DNA of 63,890 bases, filler included, from Aduncisulcus paluster (GCA_024181965.1; 9 parts of 9 records of this genome joined end to end with filler, not necessarily neighbours in it), one strand, 5' to 3'; shown: positions 11,531 to 23,603, counted from the first letter of the whole stretch. Numbers and translations are program-made. The notes: a model not told the origin generated them from the letters alone.

Positions 11531-14500
11531 TCATTTATTCAATCGGAGGATGCTTTTTCTGTAAAGTGTAACTTTAGCCAAAAATTCATCATGAAGTTGA
11601 TTATCATCCGAATCACAGCATAATGACATGAGCAAACGAATTTCTTTTTTCAACAACACATCAATTAACATCCTTTCGTGTTCTTTATCTCTTTGTTGTG
11701 ATCTTGCGTCCTTTCCAGATTGCTTCAATAAGAATATTGGAAAGAGTGCAGAGAAAGATGAGAAGAAAGAAAGTGATGGGAATGGTGAAGTGTTAGGTTT
11801 GATTGAGAAGGAACTTCTTGATGCACGAGAGAGTGGGGATGCCAGAGGGTTTGACAATGTGGACAGAACTGAAGGCCTCCTCCTCTTTCCTTTCTTATAC
11901 AAACACTTACTAGCAAGCGACATTAGAGAAGTAAGAGAGAGGGAAGAGAGAGAAGCAGGAGAGAAAAACCCAGGATAGAAGAGAACAGGGGGCGAATAGA
12001 TGTTCGAAGGAGCGAAAGGATCGCCAGACTTGGAATGGGCAGTTTGAGTCTCCACGGATGAGAATGGGGCAGCATGGTACGAAAGGGCCATAACAAACCT
12101 CAGAGGGAGCAGAAATAACGAATGAGACATTGTAAGAGCTAAATATAGACTTAATAACGTCGGTGAAGGAAGATCAGGGCCAAAATTATTGGAGTACTGA
12201 TCTCCTTGAAATTCCAACAAATGTGAATTAACATGAACATGTATGGGGTTTGTTTTTGAAGTAGACTCCTGCAATATTTCACGTTCAGGGATTGCATCTT
12301 CCTTTTCTTTTTCCTCCCCTTTCCCTTGATTTTCTCTGAGATCATCATTTTCCCCCGAAGGTTTTGACATTTCTTTCCCAACCCCCGTATATTTCTCTTC
12401 AGATTCTTTCTTTCCCTTAACCTTTTTCTTTTCCTTATCCTTTTTCTTTCTTGTAATAATAGCAAACAGAGCAAAGAGAGAGAGGGGAAGGGAGGTCAGG
12501 AACACATGATAGGGGGTGGTTGAGGAAGATTGGGAGTTTGAAGATGAGTGGAAGTGTTCATACTTTCTGATTATATTCTTATCAATTTCTTTCTTCGTAA
12601 CATCATTGAGCAACAACAAAAGAGGTTGTGTAAGAGAATACTTCATGATGTAAGACACAATAACATGAGTAAGATGATGCAAAGTTTCTTCTTCCTCCTC
12701 TTCCTCTTCTTCTTCCTCTTCTTCCTCCTCTTCTTGCTCCTCAGGATCTTTTTCTTTTTGTTCGTCTCCAGCACCTTCTTTCACCTTTCCTCCTTCTTCC
12801 ATTTCCATTGGTTTTCTTTGCTCTCCTTTCTTCTTCTTCTTGTTCCATTCGCAAGCGGCAATGCACTCCTCTTCATATACACACAGAGTAAGAACATTCT
12901 TCCATTCGATCTGCTCTCTCTCGATTCTCCTTCGTTCTCTTTCACTCACAGCCATGCAGAGAGGTCTCAAAAGGGCAAGCNNNNNNNNNNNNNNNNNNNN
13001 TCTTCTTCCTCCTCTTCCTCTTCTTCTTCCTCTTCTTCCTCCTCTTCTTGCTCCTCAGGATCTTTTTCTTTTTGTTCGTCTCCAGCACCTTCTTTCACCT
13101 TTCCTCCTTCTTCCATTTCCATTGGTTTTCTTTGCTCTCCTTTCTTCTTCTTCTTGTTCCATTCGCAAGCGGCAATGCACTCCTCTTCATATACACACAG
13201 AGTAAGAACATTCTTCCATTCGATCTTCTCTCTCTCGATTCTCCTTCGTTCTCTTTCACTCACAGCCATGCAGAGAGGTCTCAAAAGGGCAAGCAGATGC
13301 TCCTTGCTACGACCATCAATGTCTGGACCTCCTCTTGTCGCCTTAGTTCTCTTACGAAACACACGACGTGCCCTATGGATGTATTCGAGCAGTAGGTGGG
13401 TATCCTGGTTACGCTGCTGTACAATGTGAAGTAGGGAGAGGAGAGAGGAAAGAAGAGGGTGGATCTTCACAGAGAAACTCTCTTCTTCCCCAATAACAGC
13501 CCCTGAGGTCTGCGGACTCTCAAGACCTTCAATGGGGGTAGCAACAAGAGTTTGATGGCTTGAGACACCAGAGAGGGGTTGGCCGCCAGTTTCAGGAGGC
13601 ACAGCGGTCTCCATTGCTTCGGTGGGTTTCTCTGTAGATCCTTGGATATGGTCTGAAGACTCAGAGGGCTCAGGGAGGGTGAAGAGAGAGAAGAAGTCAG
13701 GATGGAATGCAGAGAGGAATGACAAAGAATGTTTCTCAAGGATATCAAAGCTCATATCAATTGGGATGGCTTCAGAATCACCATACTCATCCTCAATTTC
13801 CTCTGCCTCAAGCAAGGAAGCAGCGTATTTCTCGGCTTCATTCAGAGTGTGTTGACTAACAATAACGTTTGCGTTATCACTTTGGTGAGCAAAGGATATA
13901 TCATCATCGGTTTGGTGCTGATACATGCTCCTGGAATAGCCGCTCGATTCAAGATCTAAGGGGCTTTCCGGTGCCAACGAGTGGATGGTGGATGGCTTTT
14001 CCAGTTGCATCTCATCACGTGATACTTGATGGCGTCTGTTGAACCCACCTGACCTGGGAACAGGCCCTGAAGGAGGATGTGGAGGCTGAACAGTGTGAGG
14101 AAGAGATCTGGCTTTGGGGGACGGTGGATAAGTGGATACATTAGATGATCCTTGGTCAGTTCTTCTCACTATACCCCCACTCGGTGAGTGAATGGAAGAT
14201 GAAGATGATAAAACACGAGAACGACGCTGTGACACAGAATAGGGCAAGGAGGAATCAATCGCTGTGGATGTATGAGAACGCATTTGAGAATGGGATTTGG
14301 ATGATCGCCGAGCAAAAGAACTAGAGGCTGTTTTGGCACGATGAGACCTTTCAACACTCCTTTTTGATTGTCCACGTCGACCTTTTCTATCAAAGCTACG
14401 GGCATGTGCAGGAGACTCAGAATGTGCAAGAGGATCAATATTTCTATTTATAGAATTAATTCCATGATTGGTGGAATATAAAGATCGACCTTTTGAACGA

Positions 14501-17108
14501 TGATCAGAATTCTTCGGTAAAGTCCCAGGCTTTCTTTTGAAAGAGCTGGCTAGTTTTTCACCTGTATATACACAATATAAAGCCTTGCCACGAGATGACG
14601 TTTTGGCTCTTTGTCTCATCACTTCCTTCTGCTTCTGTCTCTTCTCTTCTTCAATCTTATTCCACTTCTGCACTCTCGTTTTGGCCTCCTTGGGCGTGAG
14701 AGTGTGGACTGGGGTATACGTCTGGGTGACTGTGTGAGTAAGGGATCCTGGGGAAGCGGCTGGGATATCAGAGGCAGTGCTACGACCTTCGAATGAACGA
14801 GATCTATTTTTAGATACATCAGAACCCAACTGAGAAGAAAGGAGTGGAGGAGGTGGAGGGGGAGGCGAGAATAGTTTTAACCGACTCTTTTTCCCACTTT
14901 TCTCTTCATTACCTTCAACTTTTACATATACATTTTCTGAAAAGGGGGAATTTGATGCCTTCAAAGTGTGAGTGCCGGAAGGAATATGTTTGCCGGAACT
15001 CTGGGAATGAATTAATCGACCCTTTTGGATCCGACGAAGTGTAACAGTCTCTTTCTTAATTTGAGGGGGCCGGGGAATGGAGGAATATGATTGGTTGGAA
15101 GGGTGTGAGGACATTGGAGGAGGAGTTTTGCTCAGAGAGGTCGTCTTGGGATTCGACGATACATCAGGGAGTTCGGTGGAATTAGGGAGTTTGGTGGAAT
15201 TTGAAGTTTGTTGGTCGGATTTTTTCTTCGCTTCTCTTCGTTTTCTTTGTTCTTCTCTCTTCTTCCTTTCTTCTTCTCTCTTTTTCCTCTCTTCCTCTTT
15301 CTTCTTTTTTTCTTCTTCCAATTTTTGCGCTTCTTTCCTCTTTCTTTGTTCTTCTCTCTTTCTTATCTCCTCTTTTCGTTTCCTCACTTTTTCAGCTTTT
15401 AACTTTAGTTCGGCTTGTCTTTGCTCATCTTTCGTGATTATATTTTGCTCTTTCGTGGATTTTGGCTCAGATTCTTCAACTGTAATATCATTTTCGTGAA
15501 GATCATCCTTGGCATCATCTTTTGCTTCACTGAAGGAAAAGTCGTCAAGGGCATCAGAAAGCTCTTCTTGTTTTGGTTCTTCTTGTTTTGGTTCTTCTTG
15601 TTTTGGTTCTTCTTGTTTTTCCTGCTCTTCTTCTTCTTTCTGTTTGTTTTTCCTCTCTTCTTCTTCCCTGTCTTTCCGCCTCTTCTCTTCTTTCTCTTCC
15701 TCGAGCTTCTTCTTTTCCTTTTCTTCTTCTTCTTTCTTCTTCTTTTTGATAGTTTCTTCCTTAGCAAATGAATCTTCAGACATTTCAAAGGATTGAGACT
15801 CCTCCTCAGCTTCTTCAGCTTCTTTTGGAGTTGAAGAGGAAGGAGGAGGATTTTGGTCTGATGTTCTAATTATAGGNNNNNNNNNNNNNNNNNNNNTTCT
15901 TGTTTTGGTTCTTCTTGTTTTTCCTGCTCTTCTTCTTCTTTCTGTTTGTTTTTCCTCTCTTCTTCTTCTTCCCTGTCTTTCCGCCTCTTCTCTTCTTTCT
16001 CTTCCTCGAGCTTCTTCTTTTCCTTTTCTTCTTCTTCTTTCTTCTTCTTTTTGATAGTTTCTTCCTTAGCAAATGAATCTTCAGACATTTCAAAGGATTG
16101 AGACTCCTCCTCAGCTTCTTCAGCTTCTTTTGGAGTTGAAGAGGAAGGAGGAGGATTTTGGTCTGATGTTCTAATTATAGGTTTGGGAAGTTTCTCATCT
16201 CCAGCATCTGACTGACTAAAGGAGCCTGAAAATTCTTCAGAATCTTCATTGAGATCAATTTTAGCAGCTGTTTCCTCTTTAACTTTGGTGGAAATTTCTT
16301 TAACTTTGGTGGAAATTTCTTTAACTTTGGTGGAATTGTCCGGAGAAGGAGAAGAATCACGAACAGATTCATCAAATCCAGCATCCACATCAAAATCGCT
16401 ATCCTCTTTTTTCTTTGACGCGAGAACATCAACAGAAAACTCAAAACTATTGCCGGTACTTTCTCTAGTTGTGTCTTGCATGAGTGGATCTGATCTCTCC
16501 AATGATTTATCCATAATATCAATGTGTCCAGATTCATCTGATTCCGAGACAATCTTTAATGCTGAAGATAATGGCTTTTGGAGGGGAGGGGACTTGGATT
16601 TTTCAACAACAAGGATTTTTTCAGAAGTTTCTCTCGTCTCAGAAATACTAAATTCTCCATCAATATCAAATGAGTCTTCTTCAGAGTTATTTTCAGATTT
16701 TTTCTGCAATTTAGACTTTTTTTGGCTTCTTGAATCCTTTGTGTTTTTAGATTTCGAAGAAATTTGAGAGGGAGAGTCCGATTCTTTTTTATCAACAGAT
16801 GAATCCATTCCAATCAAGATATCGCCGCTGTCTTGAAGGATATTACTTTTTGAACTATGAATATTTGGGGTACTAATCGATAAATCGAAATCTGATTCAG
16901 ATTTGATCAAATCGTCAAGATCATCCTTAGGAGATGATAAAACACTATCTAATGCAGCAAATGCGCTATCTTTTTTCTTATTATTTGTTGATTTTCCATG
17001 ATCAGACGAAATAAAATCTGTTTCATGGGAGGAATGAGACTTGGATTCAGGATGGCTATCTTCATCAAATTTAAATGAATCTTCACTCTCAGAAAAGGAA
17101 AACGACAT
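11531..17108 (-). CDS. Large low-complexity (S/E/K-rich) hypothetical protein split by two assembly gaps
   Basis: ORFs 15870-17108, 12967-15783 and 11531-12970 share overlapping sequence across the 20-N gaps, giving one reading frame; EEPKQ and STKVKEI repeats. Confidence 0.6.
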
Positions 17109-17340
17109 TATTTAAATCCGTTTTCCACTTGAAAAATAAATAATAAATTCTGGATATCAGGAAAAACCGAAATTGGTGTTCCTGTCTGGAAATGCAAAAT
17201 AAATTTCAAAAAATAATTAAATTTTGGTTTTATTGTTAATGTTCATGAATGTTTGATATAATTAATTATAATTTATGTCTCTCGAAGCCAAAATATGGGA
17301 AAATATGGTTTCGTAAAAAAATTGAATCCTTTGAATCACA

Positions 17341-17670
17341 TTATCGCTCAGAAATATTGTCTTCTCCAATTTCTTCTGATTCTTTCTCTTCTTCTTCATC
17401 CATGACAAGAGCATCCTGTGGTTCTTCCCAAACGCCAGAAGGTTCTCTGTATACCATTATTACTCGTGTATCGTTTTCAACATGGTCTTTTAAAATGGCC
17501 TCATCGCGTAAAATATGAGAATGGAGTTGCAATTGCATATTGTCAGGACGAACTTGTGTAAGGTGTTTGAGGCGTTGTTTCACTTCAAGAAAAGTTTCAT
17601 CAGCATGACAATGTAAAAATATCACTTTATCTCCTCGGCAGAAGCGTACAAATAAATTTTTGGGTTTCAT
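17341..17670 (-). CDS. Ubiquitin-like protein, Elongin B-like
   Basis: LFVRFCRGDKVIFLHCHADETFLEVKQRL..RPDNMQL resembles the Elongin B N-terminal UBL fold. Confidence 0.6.
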   Translation of the reverse strand: MKPKNLFVRFCRGDKVIFLHCHADETFLEVKQRLKHLTQVRPDNMQLQLHSHILRDEAILKDHVENDTRVIMVYREPSGVWEEPQDALVMDEEEEKESEEIGEDNISER

Positions 17671-17757
17671 AGCTCACAAAATCGAGAAATTGGTTTCTTG
17701 GTGATATCCTTTTTTTGAGAAATCTTATTTGATTATATTTTTGTTTTAATTGCTATC

Positions 17758-18816
17758 ATGGTTGATCTTTCTGACTTTACAGCTGGAATTTTGGCTAGTT
17801 TTACAAGTCAAGCTTTGTTTTATCCACTCGATACAATTAGTACCTCAATTCAGCTAAAAATTGACAAACCTAAAACATTAATGGAATGTTATAAGGGATT
17901 TGGTGCCTCTTTGTTTACTGGTATACCAGTAAGCACTCTATCAAATATCTTTGGTGAATTCGGGGCCAGTCTTGCTTCATATCTGAGATTTGTCCTATTT
18001 CCACAAAGCAAAAAGAAATCAACATTACTTAGTGAAGTTGGGAAGGGAGCTATGAAAGCAGTTTTTGCAGAACTAGCATGTACAGCTATTTATTCTCCTC
18101 TTGAAGTTGTGAAGACAAAGCTTCTTATCGATAAATCTACGAATATTTACGGAGGATTCAAATCATATTTTACTGAAAAAGGAGTGGGTGGCTACTTGGA
18201 AGATTGTTATGATGGTTTTTTGGCCTATTGTCCTCTGATGGTCCTGGATTATTCTTTGTCAGCGGCGATTAAATACATGATCCAGAAAGATAAAATGAAA
18301 AAACTCGGGAAAATTGCTCTAAAATATGCACATATGTCATCCAAAGAAAGGGCTCGTTTTCGCAAAATGGCGAAATTCGTGGCCTTTGCAGGTGATATTA
18401 TGATTGAAGCGACATCAACAATGGTATCTTGTATGCTCACAAGTCCCTTAGAAAATGCTTTTATGACTCGTCAATCTCTTATTCAGTCTGGAAGTGTTGC
18501 TCACATTAGTATATTTGACACAATGAAACATATATTCACAAATGATGGATTCTTTGGATTATTTCGAGGTAGTTTAATACGATCTTTGTACAATCTTAAT
18601 TATAGTATTAATCGGGTTTTGTTTAAAAAGTACAAGAATTGGCTTGGGAATAGGCATGGTTTTGATATCGGAAAGAAATTAAAGAAAATTGAGAAACTTA
18701 CTTTGGGTCAGATATTTAGAAAAGTTGAAGAGATAAAATTTGACCCCGTTGTCACTTATACATGTCAGGGGTTGAAAAGAAAGTACGAAGAATTTGGAAC
18801 ATTATTCAACAAATAG
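17758..18816 (+). CDS. Mitochondrial carrier family (SLC25) protein
   Basis: Three carrier repeats: YPLDTIS..YKG, SPLEVVKT..G, SPLENAF..GFFGLFRG. Confidence 0.8.
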   Translation: MVDLSDFTAGILASFTSQALFYPLDTISTSIQLKIDKPKTLMECYKGFGASLFTGIPVSTLSNIFGEFGASLASYLRFVLFPQSKKKSTLLSEVGKGAMKAVFAELACTAIYSPLEVVKTKLLIDKSTNIYGGFKSYFTEKGVGGYLEDCYDGFLAYCPLMVLDYSLSAAIKYMIQKDKMKKLGKIALKYAHMSSKERARFRKMAKFVAFAGDIMIEATSTMVSCMLTSPLENAFMTRQSLIQSGSVAHISIFDTMKHIFTNDGFFGLFRGSLIRSLYNLNYSINRVLFKKYKNWLGNRHGFDIGKKLKKIEKLTLGQIFRKVEEIKFDPVVTYTCQGLKRKYEEFGTLFNK

Positions 18817-19309
18817 AGGGAACATACGAAGAAAATAAATATTAATTTGTCCATTCTGATTTTATCTATGTTAGAAAACAGTGTCGTAAGTGGAAAACTC
18901 TGCGCTGAGAAACATTCTCAGAAAGGGTGAGGCCCTCACCGTGAGGGAGCGTGAAAGCATGAAATTTTCAAAAACTTATTTAAAAAAAGAATTGTTTTAT
19001 TTTGTATATATAACATTTTTAAGGAAATCATTATGATTTTATCTGGCTATCATTGGAAAGCGGATTGAAAGCCCTTTTGTCCTATTCAATTGTTTTACAT
19101 AAATATTTTTATTTTATTTAATCATAAACTCATTATTTATTCGTCATATCCCTCTTGATTCTTTCATAAGAGTATGTTTTGGTGAGTATTTTTTTGACAT
19201 TGGATTTTATGGGACATCTGAAGTTTAAATTGTTATTTTATTACTTTACATTATTAATATTGATGTTATATTAACAATAATGTAGAAACTATTATTAAAA
19301 TTAACGAGA

Positions 19310-20126
19310 ATGCCAAAAGTTGAACTGTCTGAGTGTATTTCTACATTTTCTATCGATGAACTTGAAACTCTTGCAACATCTATCAAAAAAACTTCGACAA
19401 AAATATTCTTAACATCCCTTTTCAAAGAATCTTTTCCCCGTATCAAGACTATTTTTGCTGAATATTCATCTCCATCGTCTATCAAGGCAAATCGAGGTGT
19501 TTTTAGAATTTTGTTTGAGTGCTTATCCTTGTTTGTGAAACACACATATTGTCCCTCATCTGATGTCTCATCCCATATTTCGACCTGCTCTGTTTCTGCC
19601 ACTTCTAGTCGAGGTGGAAATCTCATATTTCTCGATGATGTCTCTCTGAATGAGCTTTTTGATGCTTTATTTTCTCCAATGATAAGGGTTGAAGCTGTGT
19701 TGAGCTTGTCAAATGAAGAAGGTGATGATCAGATTCATGGTGTTTGTTCAATCACTATATTGTTATTCAGAATTGCGAATGTCTTTCTAACCCGTAGTTA
19801 TATTCTTGATGAAAGTATTTTCTCGCAAATATCTCCTCTTCTATCGAAAGTATTCACCATTGGACAATCTATGCATTTTGATGACGATTTTGTTGGGGAT
19901 ATTATTGGGATAAGTGTATTATTTTCGTTACTTGATTCCACCAAGGACTCCCTTTTATCCCTTCTTCTCCCTCATATCATGCCCTGGATGAAGAAATATC
20001 CTGAGAAGAGGTTTGTTGTGATGTGGATAACCATTCTAAAGAAGCTTTCTTGTGATAATGATTCCATTAAGCCTCATCTTGATCGTTCGGCAAAACTGTG
20101 GTTCATGTTCCATCCTATATTGGATA
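19310..20126 (+). CDS. Hypothetical protein (truncated at contig end)
   Basis: Open frame of more than 270 codons running into the spacer; no known motif. Confidence 0.55.
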
Positions 20127-20226
20127 NNNNNNNNNNNNNNNNNNNNNNNNNNNNNNNNNNNNNNNNNNNNTTAATTAATTAANNNNNNNNNNNNNNNNNN
20201 NNNNNNNNNNNNNNNNNNNNNNNNNN
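20127..20226. other. Artificial contig-joining spacer (N44-TTAATTAATTAA-N44); also at 25623-25722, 30085-30184, 33978-34077, 39109-39208, 43677-43776, 47985-48084 and 58670-58769
   Basis: The same six-frame-stop linker occurs eight times. Confidence 0.97.
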
Positions 20227-20378
20227 GGAATGGATCCTTCATTCACAACCACAAATTCATTGTTTTATTGTATTTGAATTGTAATCACGAAAATAAGATT
20301 AATATAAATAAAAAAATAACAAAACGATGTTTGAATCCATCAGAGAAAACAACTTGGACAAGAACTGGAGAAAATGAT

Positions 20379-21128
20379 TCATTCCTTCATCTCGACTTTC
20401 AAAGTGGATTTAGTTGAAGATTCCCGTTTCTCAAGGATGAGTTGTTTGGATTCTCCCTTTCCTTTCTTTCCCTTTCTGCCGTGGGATTTCTTTTTCCCTC
20501 TTTTCTTACTATCACCCTCCTTGGGTTTTCCCTCTTCTTCTTTCTCAAGTTTTTCTTCCTCTTCCTCCTTTCTCTTCCTCTCCTCAGCAGCCTTCTTGGC
20601 ATTGGAAATATTCCAAGTGTTGGTCTTGAATTCGAGTTGACTTCCAAGCTCTCTGGCCAATTTTGTGGCAACGCGGCGGCGAACAGCAACATCACTAATG
20701 TTATCAGTCCAAATGGTGAGGGTATACTTTTTCTCACGGGAAGCAAGAGACAATCCAACGATAGAGGGCTCTTCAAGTCTCTCTCCGATAATAGAGAACA
20801 ACAGACGTTCCCATTCACGGTCAATGGCATAGGCCATGGTTCCTTCACTGGTCTTGATTGGAGATTTTTGACGGGGACGAAGAGTCCATGTTCCACCATT
20901 TGTATTCTTTTCCCAGCAAGGGAAATTCTTTTCACGCATGAAATACACAGTATGATCCTTATCAAGAGCTGATGGACGCTTGATCATTGAGTATACTTTC
21001 AAAAATGATTCAACAGAGGCGAACTCGGCAACTTGTTTTATGTGCTTAGACCAATCATCTTCAACAATGGGAGAATCGGTGTCAATTGAGAAATAAAGGC
21101 TCCAAGAGGATTGAAGGGCGTGACTCAT
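20379..21128 (-). CDS. eIF4E: Translation initiation factor eIF4E family protein
   Basis: HALQSSWSLYF, FASVESF, FPCWEKNTNGGTW, WERLLFSIIGE, LTIWT. Confidence 0.88.
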   Translation of the reverse strand: MSHALQSSWSLYFSIDTDSPIVEDDWSKHIKQVAEFASVESFLKVYSMIKRPSALDKDHTVYFMREKNFPCWEKNTNGGTWTLRPRQKSPIKTSEGTMAYAIDREWERLLFSIIGERLEEPSIVGLSLASREKKYTLTIWTDNISDVAVRRRVATKLARELGSQLEFKTNTWNISNAKKAAEERKRKEEEEEKLEKEEEGKPKEGDSKKRGKKKSHGRKGKKGKGESKQLILEKRESSTKSTLKVEMKE

Positions 21129-21424
21129 TGAAATCAGGACAAGAAATTAACCCATCAAACGTGATTGCACCAAAATCCTATCGAATTATTGGATACTGGC
21201 CCAATAAGTAGTGTTTCCATTTTTAATATATCATTTAATGTTTTTTTATTCGGTAACCACCATTTCCAAACTCCGTTATTTTGCCACAAAATATTGATTG
21301 GCTTTCACCGGTCATTCTGAGCTAATTGATAATATTTAATCAATTTTTTCTCCTATTTGATGAATGTTCGTTAATATTTCGGTATCAACTGAGTAAAAAA
21401 TATTGCCTAAAAAGATTTTACTAC

Positions 21425-22339
21425 TTAGTAACCTTCAGACTTGGAAACGAGACCTTTAGCAATGGCAACACCGGCAGAAGCACCAATACGAGTGGCACCA
21501 GCCTTGAGAACGTTTTTAGCATCCTCAATAGATCTAACACCACCGCTAGCCTTGACACCTGTAGTGTGACCAACACAACAACGCATAAGGGCAACATCTT
21601 CAGGCTTGGCTCCACCATAACCGAAACCAGTGGATGTTTTCACGAAATCAGCACCAGCCATGTTACTGACAAGAGAAGCAATAGCAGTGAGTTCAGGGGT
21701 GACAGCACCACACTCAATGATAACCTTTAGGATCTTGTCGTATTTGTGGCAAGCATCAACAACAGCCTTGATATCGTCATAGACGTACTTGATGTCCTCG
21801 TCAAGAAGCTTTCCAATGTTAAGAACCATGTCAACTTCATCGACTCCGGTCTTGCACATATCTTCGGCTTCAAAGGCCTTAGAAGCAGTGGTCATTGATC
21901 CAAGAGGGAAACCGATGACACAGGCAACCTTAGAGGGGTGACCCTTCAAGGCCTCAAGACAATCAGGAACCCAACAAGGATTAACACAGACGGAAGCGAA
22001 TTCTATAAAAAAATATTAAATTGTATATTAAATATATAAATTGAATGCAAAAATAAATTTCTATATTCCAAATAATGAGTAAATCCAACATCTAATCAAA
22101 CGACAAAACATACTGTGCTCAATGGCTTCTTCACATAACTTGGTGATAGTTTCCTTTTTACCAGTTGGTTTAAGGAAAGTGTGGTCGATATAACCGGGGA
22201 TGTATCCTTCAGCAGGCTTGTAGGCAGCCTTGAAAGCATCAAGACCAGCATCAAGGTGCTCAAGTTTAGGAGCCTCACCAATAGCCTTCTCAACTTTGAT
22301 AGCAGCAGCTTCAATAATTTTAATGTCTACAGATTCCAT
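21425..22339 (-). CDS. deoC: Deoxyribose-phosphate aldolase (intron 22003-22113)
   Basis: IDHTFLKP | KFASVCVNP, VIGFPLG, DEVDMV, LKVIIE, FVKTSTGF, GVKASGGVR, RIGAS; splicing restores the frame. Confidence 0.93.
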
Positions 22340-22456
22340 GATATCCGGAGAAAATTAGCTTCCATTTCCAATGACAACATAATCGATGGCAAAATGGTGG
22401 AAAACTAATTTTAAAAGCTTGAAAAAAAAGCTAATATATTAGAAATTTATTGTATC

Positions 22457-23444
22457 TTATTCTCCATGTTCCAGAGAGTCAATAATAGCCTGAATCTTCT
22501 CAGCATCAAATCTCTCAATGATAACACTATCTGACTTCATAAACGTAACTCTTTCTCCCGTTGATTCGCAAACCTTTGCGTCTTTATGCTCATCTGCAGT
22601 CTTTTTCCTTAATATGCAGAGAGAAATGTTATCTTTGGAAATCTTTTCCTCCATAACTCTCTTTAACACATATACAGTCAATTTAGTGGCAGTTTCGAGA
22701 GTAACTGGTCCGGGGGGCACCCTAAAACGAGTTCCACGAAGGTCATCATCTTCACTATCCTCCTCATCAGTTGCCACGCCACGACCGAGACGTCCTTTCA
22801 AAGAATCAGTAAGCATTTGCTGGGCGGTATCACCACCACGACCAATAGCCCTGGCACATGTTTGACAGAATGTTCCACTGGGATCATTGTGGAAAAGGAC
22901 AAATCCCTTTTTATCATCATAGCCACCAATCAAGAGAGCGACACCATAAGGACGAGCTAAACGTCTCTTAGCTCCTTCTTCTCCGAATAAAAGGGCTTGA
23001 TCACTGATGCTTTGAGTTAAAGAACGGGGGGGAACTGGTTCATCATAAAGAAAACGGTGATCTTGAGCGGCGACACGACCATGATCAACTAAGGTCCTGG
23101 CATCGGCAGAAAGCCCAGAAAATGTACAAAAGAGATGATAATCAATTTCTACGATTTTATCATCAATTTTTGTTTCCTCTAACTTTGAAGATATACGTTT
23201 TTCAACTGCAAGAACAACTCCATCTTCCACTTGGATTCCAATAGCGGTGGCTCCAATTTTAATCGCTTCAATAGCATATTCGACCTGAAGAATCCTTCCC
23301 TCTGGACTAAAAGTATTCACTCCTCTGCAAATTATGACAAACGTGAAATTGATTCATGATATAACACGATAAGATAAAAAAAAAGATGTTAAAAAGAATA
23401 ATTGACTTAACATACCTATCATAATCACTTCTACTGAGGAACAT
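22457..23444 (-). CDS. PSMA5: 20S proteasome subunit alpha-5 (intron 23325-23415)
   Basis: Spliced N-terminus MFLSRSDYDRGVNTFSPEGRILQVEYAIEAIK; RPYGVALLIGG; VLKRVMEEK. Confidence 0.93.
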
Positions 23445-23462
23445 TTATCGATGTTGTAGGGT

Positions 23463-23575
23463 TTGTCGTCAAAACACCATCACAAACTTGAACAAATTCA
23501 ATTTGCGATGCGTCGCAAAGCGACAACATGGAAAAAGATTGTTCAAATTGCACCATCGTGAAAACACGCGGTGAG
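23463..23575 (-). ncRNA. Putative Fanzor omegaRNA scaffold
   Basis: Directly downstream of the Fanzor stop: hairpin at 23551-23573, 8-bp stem 23539-46/23488-95, 7-bp hairpin 23502-23519, 6-bp pseudoknot 23521-26/23463-68. Confidence 0.6.
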
Positions 23576-23603
23576 TAAAAGTAGTAAAATTGGTAAAACA
23601 GAA

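Noticed and set aside
12548..15796. Many plus-strand F/S/L-rich ORFs
   Set aside because: Antisense shadows of E/K-rich low-complexity coding sequence
16278..16335. 21-nt tandem repeat (STKVKEI)
   Set aside because: Ordinary slippage repeat within a disordered protein
20127..20226. Recurring TTAATTAATTAA motif
   Set aside because: Artificial linker; genes on opposite sides are not neighbours, so no synteny was inferred across spacers
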